Part shown: positions 8,905 through 15,539 of the stretch, in pieces
How positions within the stretch are numbered: position 1 is the first letter of the stretch
How the letters are laid out: the number at the start of each line of letters is the position of its first letter
From: Raphidiopsis brookii D9
Lineage (GTDB): Bacteria > Cyanobacteriota > Cyanobacteriia > Cyanobacteriales > Nostocaceae
Reading direction: 5' to 3'
DNA length: 15,539 bases
Assembly (NCBI GenBank): GCA_000175855.1
Contig: ACYB01000033.1
Location: 1-15,539 of the forward strand
Made by a program: the position numbers and the translations under genes
The notes under the pieces: generated by a model
Told to the model about the DNA's origin: nothing
Seen by the model: only the letters and a program-made list of their open reading frames with translations
Databases searched by the model: none

Positions 8905-8927
8905 AAATTTCTTATAAGAAGAAATTT
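8905..8927. promoter_or_regulatory. Perfect inverted repeat upstream of panB, possible operator
   Basis: AAATTTCTT-ATAAG-AAGAAATTT, 9-bp arms; its centre is the 12-bp palindrome TTCTTATAAGAA. It lies 45 bp upstream of the panB ATG. Confidence 0.35.
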
Positions 8928-8972
8928 TTAACTTTTCTTTCTTTTTTACCATTTACCTACTTTGAAACAATT

Positions 8973-9740
8973 ATGCCAATTAACACCCAGCATTTAAAAC
9001 AGTGGAAACAACAAGGAAGACCTATTGTTGCTTTGACCGCTTGGGACTATGCGATCGCACAACTGTTAGATGGTGCTGGGGTGGATTTAATTCTGGTGGG
9101 GGATTCTCTGTCGGTGATTCTGGGTTATGAAACCACCTTGCCTGTGACCTTAGAAGAGATTATCCATCATGCCAAAGCGGTGAAGCGCGGAATTAAACGA
9201 GCTTTATTAGTAGTAGACCTACCCTTTTTAACCTATCAAGAAAGTATAGGTCAAGCCATGCAGTCAGCGGGGAGGGTATTGAAGGAAACAGGAGCCCAGG
9301 GAGTAAAATTAGAAGGGGGTTATCCCGCCATGATTGATATCATATCCAGATTAGTACAAGCAGGTATACCCGTGCTAGGTCATTTGGGTTTAACCCCCCA
9401 ATCTATCCATCAATTGGGTCTCAAGCAACAAGGCAAAACCCCCCAGACCGCCGACCTGATTTTTCACCAGGCGATCGCCCTGGAACAGGCGGGTGTATTT
9501 GCCCTAGTTTTAGAGCATATCCCCAGTCACTTAGCAGTTAAAATTACAAAAGAATTAAGTATTCCTACTATTGGAATTGGAGCAGGACAAGAGTGTGATG
9601 GTCAGATATTAGTCACTTCGGATGTTTTAGGGCTTTCTGAAAAACAACCACCATTTGCCAAAGTTTATACAGATTTACGGCAAGAAATTACTAAGGCTGT
9701 AGAAAAATATGCCCTAGAGGTTCGTAATCACCATTTTTAG
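8973..9740 (+). CDS. panB: 3-methyl-2-oxobutanoate hydroxymethyltransferase (ketopantoate hydroxymethyltransferase)
   Basis: [56 protein letters not shown]...GVKLEGG...[25 protein letters not shown] sequence...[22 protein letters not shown]. Confidence 0.97.
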   Translation: MPINTQHLKQWKQQGRPIVALTAWDYAIAQLLDGAGVDLILVGDSLSVILGYETTLPVTLEEIIHHAKAVKRGIKRALLVVDLPFLTYQESIGQAMQSAGRVLKETGAQGVKLEGGYPAMIDIISRLVQAGIPVLGHLGLTPQSIHQLGLKQQGKTPQTADLIFHQAIALEQAGVFALVLEHIPSHLAVKITKELSIPTIGIGAGQECDGQILVTSDVLGLSEKQPPFAKVYTDLRQEITKAVEKYALEVRNHHF

Positions 9741-9854
9741 TTGTTCTATTACATCGGTGAAAACCGTAAACTTTATTTTAATTTAACAAACATCCTCTCA
9801 AATTTAGTGATAGATTGCTGGGGTGTGCAAAATTGAACAAAAAACATTTTAACG

Positions 9855-12305
9855 ATGAAAAATCCAGTGCAAACCCAAAATAATAACTTGCATATTTTAG
9901 TAATTGGTGCAGGGGTAAGTGGCTTAACAACATCCATTTGTCTAAGAGAAGCGGGTTTTAATGTTACTATTATCGCTGATCGCTTTACTCCTGATTTAAC
10001 CTCTGTTGTAGCAGGTGCATTGTGGGAATGGCCACCAGCAGTTTGTGGTCGTCATGGGACTCCCAGATCCCTAGAACGTTCTAAGGATTGGTGCATGACT
10101 GCTTATGATAAATTTAAAGAAATACACGCAAAGTTTGGTTCAGAAAAAACTGGAGTTTATTTAAGAGATGTGTATTTTTATTTCAAAGATATTTTGGAAA
10201 ATCGACCTAATGATTTTCGGAAAATGAATGAGTTAAAGGACAAGGTAGATGGATTTGAAAGAGGTTTACACATAGTTCAAGAAAACATTGACTTGAACTT
10301 CCAAGGAGGCATAAAAGATGCTTTTAAACACATGGCTCCAATGGCAAATACTGATGTATACATGAAGTGGTTGTTTGAATATGTCCAGAATATTGGATGT
10401 GAAATTATCCAAGAAAAAATCACGGTTAATATAGTTGAAAATGAACAGGAAGTGCTTCACCGTTTCAATGCCAATGCAATTGTTAACTGTGCTGGACTAG
10501 GTTCAATAGTAACTACGGGTGATACTTCCATGTATCCCCTGAGAGGCGCACTAGTCAGAGTAAAAAATGTAGGTGGAGTTATCAAAGACGCTCATTGTAT
10601 TTCTCATGAGGAAACATCGTCTTCTGAACAAGACATTATTTTTATTGTTCCTAGAGGTGATGATTTAGTGGTATTGGGAGGATTAGCACAGCAAGATCAA
10701 TGGGATACAAATCTATCTCTAGAAATTCCCATTATTAAACAAATGTATGATGGTTGTTTACAGTTTCTACCAGAATTAAGACCACTTCCCATAGATAAAA
10801 ATGAACCAGTCAGGACTGGTTTAAGACCATTCACTGAGGAAAATGTTTGTGTAGAAAGAGTTCCCAACACACGAATATTTTATAATTATGGACACGGTGG
10901 AGCTGGCGTAACTCTTTCCTGGGGATGCTCACAAGAAATTGTGGATTTAATACAACAAATGATCCATGAACAAAGCGTGGAATTAAGTACTTTAAGTAAA
11001 AAGATAGATGGTAACAAACAAACCATATTTGTCTTGCATGATATGCTGCCCAGTAAAACTGATTTTAAACTGCTTCGCTCAGATAATAGAAATCTAGTTT
11101 TACTTTGTAGTAGAAGAGGACTGAGTAAAATCGTACCCTCTCAATATCAACATTTAGATTTAATACAGATTGTCGAACCTTATAATTTACAAAATCTGAT
11201 CCAAAGCTATCAAAAGATTCAGATAGATAACGGAATTGTTAATAATTGCTGCATTGTCACTAATGACGAATATTCCGTACTATTAGCAGCACAGCTGCGT
11301 GAAACTCTAAATCTACCCGGCGATCGCCCCACAATGATCCGCCAGTTTACTGATAAAAATTACCTAAAATCTGCCCTGAAAAACTCCTTAATTCGAGTAC
11401 CAAAACATCTAATTTTTGACCCCAATCAATACCGTGAACAGGGGATTTCCTACTTACAATTCGTTGTGCAAGAATTGGGAAATAATATTTTTGTGAAGCC
11501 AGTTATTGGTGCAGGTAGTGAAAAAACTAGGAGAATTCACGCTCTTGATCAATTAGCAAACTGGTGTGATAGCAACCTAGATACTGATGAAGAATTTGAA
11601 TTTAATGAATTTATCAGAGGTCAACTATATAATACAAGTGTGGTCATGAAAAATGGTGAACCTTGTTATTTTGCAGCTTGTAAACACTATCGACCTAATG
11701 ATGATTTCATTTATGGTCATCCAATTGGCAATATTGTTGTCAGAGAAGAAGATCCAGAATTTGAAAAACTGCAACAATTTTCCAGTGATACATTGCAAAG
11801 TTTAAAATATGGTTATCCCCAAAATGGTATCCTCAACATTGATTTTTTCCTAGAAGCAGGTAGCAAAGAACCAGTTCTTATGGAAGTCGCTGCAAGGACT
11901 CCTGGTGGACTTGTCTCAAAAATGTTTTATACATATCAAGGAGTACGTCTCAATGAATTACATCTGCAATTACAAATGGGAGACTCTCCTGAAATCATTC
12001 TCAAAGACACAAATGAATGGAAGTACAGCGCTTACTCAATTCATCCCAAGCAAGATGGTACAGTTACAGCAATTAGAAAACCAATTCTAGAAAGTGATGT
12101 GGAAGTTTATTGGCAGATTTATCTAGGAGAAAAACTACAAGCATCACAAAGCATGAGAGATGTAGCTATGGCCATGCTTTTGAGTAGTCATGACTTTTCT
12201 ACTTTGGAAAGGGATTATCAAATAGCTAATTCCATGAGTTTATATCAGACAAACAAAAATAGTGTAGAAGGATTTAAACCTGTCCTTGTTTCTATGGGAT
12301 CATAA
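9855..12305 (+). CDS. Bifunctional fusion: N-terminal D-amino-acid-oxidase-like FAD oxidoreductase and C-terminal ATP-grasp ligase-like domain
   Basis: Single 816-aa ORF. N-terminus: LHILVIGAGVSGLTTSICLREAGFNVTIIADRFTPDLTSVVAGALWEWPP and VRTGLRPFTEENVCVERVPNTRIFYNYGHGGAGVTLSWGC, DAAO hallmarks. C-terminus: VTNDEYSVLLAAQLRETLNLPGDRPTMIRQFTDKNYLKSAL, NNIFVKPVIGAGSEKT, FEFNEFIRG, ILNIDFFLEAG...PVLMEVAARTPGG, ATP-grasp hallmarks. Confidence 0.92.
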   Translation: MKNPVQTQNNNLHILVIGAGVSGLTTSICLREAGFNVTIIADRFTPDLTSVVAGALWEWPPAVCGRHGTPRSLERSKDWCMTAYDKFKEIHAKFGSEKTGVYLRDVYFYFKDILENRPNDFRKMNELKDKVDGFERGLHIVQENIDLNFQGGIKDAFKHMAPMANTDVYMKWLFEYVQNIGCEIIQEKITVNIVENEQEVLHRFNANAIVNCAGLGSIVTTGDTSMYPLRGALVRVKNVGGVIKDAHCISHEETSSSEQDIIFIVPRGDDLVVLGGLAQQDQWDTNLSLEIPIIKQMYDGCLQFLPELRPLPIDKNEPVRTGLRPFTEENVCVERVPNTRIFYNYGHGGAGVTLSWGCSQEIVDLIQQMIHEQSVELSTLSKKIDGNKQTIFVLHDMLPSKTDFKLLRSDNRNLVLLCSRRGLSKIVPSQYQHLDLIQIVEPYNLQNLIQSYQKIQIDNGIVNNCCIVTNDEYSVLLAAQLRETLNLPGDRPTMIRQFTDKNYLKSALKNSLIRVPKHLIFDPNQYREQGISYLQFVVQELGNNIFVKPVIGAGSEKTRRIHALDQLANWCDSNLDTDEEFEFNEFIRGQLYNTSVVMKNGEPCYFAACKHYRPNDDFIYGHPIGNIVVREEDPEFEKLQQFSSDTLQSLKYGYPQNGILNIDFFLEAGSKEPVLMEVAARTPGGLVSKMFYTYQGVRLNELHLQLQMGDSPEIILKDTNEWKYSAYSIHPKQDGTVTAIRKPILESDVEVYWQIYLGEKLQASQSMRDVAMAMLLSSHDFSTLERDYQIANSMSLYQTNKNSVEGFKPVLVSMGS

Positions 12306-12378
12306 TTAAATACACTATACTTAATTTATAAATCACGCAACCACACAGGTAAAACTCTGATGATACGGGGGTTATTTC

Positions 12379-12404
12379 ATAAAGTCCACTCAAGTGGACT
12401 TTAT
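12379..12404. promoter_or_regulatory. Perfect hairpin/palindrome between the fusion gene and the EamA transporter (terminator, attenuator or operator)
   Basis: ATAAAGTCCAC-TCAA-GTGGACTTTAT, 11-bp perfect stem with 4-nt loop. A TATAAT lies at 12419-12424. Confidence 0.6.
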
Positions 12405-12455
12405 TTATGTAGTTGAGGTATAATCCTTACATTAAAAAAGTATTTGGCAAAATTT

Positions 12456-13400
12456 ATGTTCCAACAATCTGATACAGCACTGAAACCCAGCCAAAATGAT
12501 TCATCATTATTGGCTTTTTCATCATTATTATTAGGAGTTTTTATTTTATCTTTTGCAGCAATTTTTACTCGAATAGCGGAGAATGAACTGAGTCCTTCAG
12601 CAACAGTTTTTAATCGCTATTACATAGCTACAGTTGTTTTAGTTCCTTGGCAGATAATTCAATTGAGAATCAATAATTCATCTGAACCAAATCAAGTCAT
12701 TAAGTTACAAGACTGGGCAATTTTTGTTTTATCATCAATCTTAGGAACATCTGCTATTTTTCTTTGGGCTTCGTCATTAACTCAAACCAGCGTTGCCAAT
12801 TCTAATCTCCTCCATAATGTCACTCCTATCTTCGCCGTGTTGGGCGGTTGGTTGTTCTTGGGTCAAAGTTTTGACTATAAGTTTTTATTAGGAATGTTGT
12901 TAGCAATTATTGGCATATTTATCATCAGTTTTGGAGATTTTCATTCAGCGGTTAACTCCCTCTATGGTGATTCTTTAGCTCTCCTATCGGCTGTTTTCTA
13001 TGCTTTAAATTATCTAGTGAGAGAAAAATTACGCTCCAAATTTTCAGCATCTACTATATTATTGTGGACTTCCCTACTAAGTGGATGTTTTACCTTCCTC
13101 ATTACATTAACTACTGAAACACAATTGTTTCCAAATTCTTGGCAAACTTGGCTAGCGGTAATTTGTTTAGCAGTTCTGTGTCAAATTATCGGACAAGGAT
13201 TACTAATTCATAATCTTAAACAATTTTCTTCAGCCTTTGTCACTCTCTTAATGCTTACTGAACCTTTACTAACAGCTTTGTTTGCTTTTATAATTTTTGC
13301 AGAGAAATTGAGTCCTCTCAATTGGGTTGCCTTTATAGTAGTTTTGATAGGTATATATATAGCAAAAATGAGTATTAGCTCAGCCAAGGTAGTAGAATAG
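12456..13400 (+). CDS. EamA/DMT-family transporter
   Basis: About ten hydrophobic helices in two related halves: FNRYYIATVVLVPWQIIQL, SSILGTSAIFLWASSLTQTSVANSNLLHNVTPIFAVLGGWLFLGQSF, GLLIHNLKQFSSAFVTLLMLTEPLLTALFAFIIFAEKLSPLNWVAFIVVLIGIYIAK. ATG 12456 is preferred; a TTG at 12444 is the alternative. Confidence 0.93.
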   Translation: MFQQSDTALKPSQNDSSLLAFSSLLLGVFILSFAAIFTRIAENELSPSATVFNRYYIATVVLVPWQIIQLRINNSSEPNQVIKLQDWAIFVLSSILGTSAIFLWASSLTQTSVANSNLLHNVTPIFAVLGGWLFLGQSFDYKFLLGMLLAIIGIFIISFGDFHSAVNSLYGDSLALLSAVFYALNYLVREKLRSKFSASTILLWTSLLSGCFTFLITLTTETQLFPNSWQTWLAVICLAVLCQIIGQGLLIHNLKQFSSAFVTLLMLTEPLLTALFAFIIFAEKLSPLNWVAFIVVLIGIYIAKMSISSAKVVE

Positions 13401-13669
13401 ACAAATCGTGATACCTATGAGCTTGATTAAAGTATCTGAAAATCTACAGAAATATAATACAGTAGATTAAGTGAAAAATCCAGAAGTCTTAATCCCTAGA
13501 AATGGCATATCCCTATAATAATTAAAGAAGTGCAAGAAAATAAAACATCAAGTACAACAAAAACCCTACTATCCTGACAAACTGAAATCAGGTAGATGTG
13601 GTGAATTGGATCTGATTAGCATATTGGTGGTTCAATACAAACTGTTGATAATGGGAGAACACAACATCC

Positions 13670-14854
13670 ATGAGTAGAATAGAAACCCGCACCGAACCAA
13701 TGGTGCTAAATATGGGTCCTCATCACCCCTCAATGCACGGGGTGTTGAGATTAATAGTCACCCTAGATGGAGAAGATGTGGTTGACTGTGAACCAGTCAT
13801 TGGTTACCTACACCGAGGAATGGAAAAAATCGCTGAGAACCGCTCAACTATCATGTATGTTCCCTACGTTAGTCGTTGGGACTATGCTGCGGGGATGTTC
13901 AATGAAGCGGTAACAGTCAATGCACCGGAAAAACTAGCAGGTATCACAGTACCTAAACGTGCTAGTTATATTCGTGTCATTATGCTAGAGTTAAATCGTA
14001 TTGCTAACCATCTATTATGGTTTGGTCCTTTTCTTGCGGATGTGGGTGCCCAAACTCCCTTCTTTTATCAATTCCGGGAAAGGGAAATGATTTATGATTT
14101 GTGGGAAGCAGCTACTGGTTATCGGATGGTAAATAATAACTATTTCCGGGTTGGTGGGGTAGCAGTGGATTTACCTTATGGTTGGGTAGATAAATGTGAA
14201 GAATTTTGCGACTACTTTTTGCCCAAAGTGGATGAATATGAACGGTTAGTCACTAATAATCCTATTTTCCGTCGTCGGATTGAGGGTATTGGTACTATTA
14301 CCCGGGAAGAAGCGATTAACTGGAGTCTTTCTGGTCCAATGTTGCGAGGTTCAGGAGTGAAGTGGGACTTACGCAAAGTTGACCATTATGAGTGTTATGA
14401 TGATTTCGATTGGGATGTGCAGTGGGAAACAGCAGGTGACTGTCTTGCTCGATATATGGTAAGAATGCGAGAAATGAGGGAATCTGTGAAAATCATTAAA
14501 CAAGCTCTCAAAGGTTTACCAGGTGGTCCCTATGAAAACCTAGAAGCAAAACGGATGATGGCCGGGCCAAAGTCGGAATGGGATGGTTTTGATTATCAAT
14601 ATGTAGCTAAAAAAGTTGCTCCCACCTTTAAAATTCCCAGCGGTGAAATTTATTCTCGTGTGGAAAGTGGTAAGGGTGAGTTGGGTATTTATTTAGTGGG
14701 TGATAATAATGTCTTCCCCTGGCGTTGGAAAATTCGTCCTGCTGACTTCAATAATCTGCAAATTCTGCCCGGTTTATTACGGGGTGTTAAGGTAGCAGAT
14801 ATTGTGGTGATTCTCGGTAGTATTGACGTGATTATGGGTTCTGTTGATAGATAG
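13670..14854 (+). CDS. ndhH: NAD(P)H-quinone oxidoreductase subunit H
   Basis: [77 protein letters not shown]...[18 protein letters not shown]. Confidence 0.99.
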   Translation: MSRIETRTEPMVLNMGPHHPSMHGVLRLIVTLDGEDVVDCEPVIGYLHRGMEKIAENRSTIMYVPYVSRWDYAAGMFNEAVTVNAPEKLAGITVPKRASYIRVIMLELNRIANHLLWFGPFLADVGAQTPFFYQFREREMIYDLWEAATGYRMVNNNYFRVGGVAVDLPYGWVDKCEEFCDYFLPKVDEYERLVTNNPIFRRRIEGIGTITREEAINWSLSGPMLRGSGVKWDLRKVDHYECYDDFDWDVQWETAGDCLARYMVRMREMRESVKIIKQALKGLPGGPYENLEAKRMMAGPKSEWDGFDYQYVAKKVAPTFKIPSGEIYSRVESGKGELGIYLVGDNNVFPWRWKIRPADFNNLQILPGLLRGVKVADIVVILGSIDVIMGSVDR

Positions 14855-14924
14855 CTTTGAAAAAAATCAAACAATGTGCTGCTATCAGGTGATAAATCAT
14901 TGTGAGAGTGCTTGATCCCCCCAA

Positions 14925-14956
14925 CCCCCTTAAAAAGGGGGCTAGCTATTTTTATT
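14925..14956 (+). terminator. Putative intrinsic terminator downstream of ndhH
   Basis: CCCCCTT-AAA-AAGGGGG hairpin at 14925-14941, followed by CTAGCTATTTTTATTT. Confidence 0.6.
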
Positions 14957-15112
14957 TGGTTTATAAAGAGTTAGAACTGCTTATGTTGTAATGGATAGAG
15001 TAAATGCTAGGGAGAAAGAAAAAACCATGGTACAGAACCTATTAAATTTAACAATTCTTGTCTCTCTTAACCTTTTGTTACATAGTTATAAATTTCTCAG
15101 CCGACTTACTGA

Positions 15113-15539
15113 ATAAGAAAAAATTATGGTTATAGAAGGTTGAGATAAGTTTTTTTGTGGTCGAAGTGGTAGAAATGTGGTATTATGAGGGTTGAGTATA
15201 ATGGAGTGTGAGCATTTGTAAAAAAAGTGGACAGATTTCCATTATCAGGGTATCACATCCGACGGTCAATAGTCAACCCCCCTCCAAAAAAATTCCGTGG
15301 CGCTGTAATAGGAGATAGTAAGAAGAGCGATCGCTCTTTCCCGAAGGGGAGAAAATATTAGTAATGTTAGAAATACAATTGCCTTAATCCCTCAATCCAC
15401 ATATATGAAGATGAGTAATAAGAAAAAATTATGGTTATAGAAGGTTGAGATAAGTTTTTTTGTGGTCGAAGTGGTAGAAATGTGGTATTATGAGGGTTGA
15501 TTATAATGGAGTTTGAGCATTTGTAAAAAAAAGTGGAAA
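15113..15539 (-). repeat. Inverted copies of the long unit from the 494-2559 array (continues past the right window edge)
   Basis: Reads as reverse complement of the left L unit: AAAAAATTATGGTTATAGAAGGTTGAGATAAGTTTTTTTGTGGTCGAAGTGGTAGAAATGTGGTATTATGAGGGTTGA..., then GGTCAATAGTCAACCCCCCTCCAAAAAAATTCCGTGGCGCTGTAATAGGAGATAGTAAGAAGAGCGATCGCTCTT (HIP1 at 15327). A second copy begins ~305 bp further on (~15418). Confidence 0.92.

Noticed and set aside
10266-12090. ORFs 10266-10460 (-) and 11905-12090 (+) inside the fusion gene
   Set aside because: Overlap the conserved DAAO-like and ATP-grasp coding frame; likely chance ORFs.
9855-12305. Possibility that the fusion is two genes joined by a sequencing error
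   Set aside because: The frame is continuous with no stop, and both domains are full length with a plausible linker (~aa 378-392, around IHEQSVELSTLSKKIDG). Kept as a fusion, though a read check is still advisable.
14689-14874. 61-aa minus-strand ORF
   Set aside because: Antisense to the conserved C-terminus of ndhH.

Overview
This 15.5 kb window looks like cyanobacterial chromosome, probably Nostocales. That is inferred from the rbcL-rbcX-rbcS cluster, ndhH, a Ycf37-like TPR protein and frequent HIP1 (GCGATCGC) octamers. Left to right it contains: a window-truncated IS607-type serine recombinase (minus strand, missing from the ORF track); a ~2.07 kb tandem array built from two related unit lengths (~88 bp and ~296-298 bp), each starting at a HIP1-like octamer; a two-gene MNT nucleotidyltransferase/HEPN-like module; rpmI-rplT; a DUF29 gene overlapping (ATGA) a family-3 solute-binding protein gene; a TPR/Ycf37-like gene; rbcS, rbcX and rbcL; panB; a single 816-aa ORF that fuses a D-amino-acid-oxidase-like domain to a C-terminal ATP-grasp ligase-like domain; an EamA/DMT transporter; ndhH; and an inverted partial copy of the left repeat family at the right edge. 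The best candidate for an undescribed system is the DAAO-like/ATP-grasp fusion followed by the EamA transporter. The HIP1-phased array and the MNT/HEPN pair with a variant Rx4YxY motif come next. All family assignments are from motif recognition; no database search was run.
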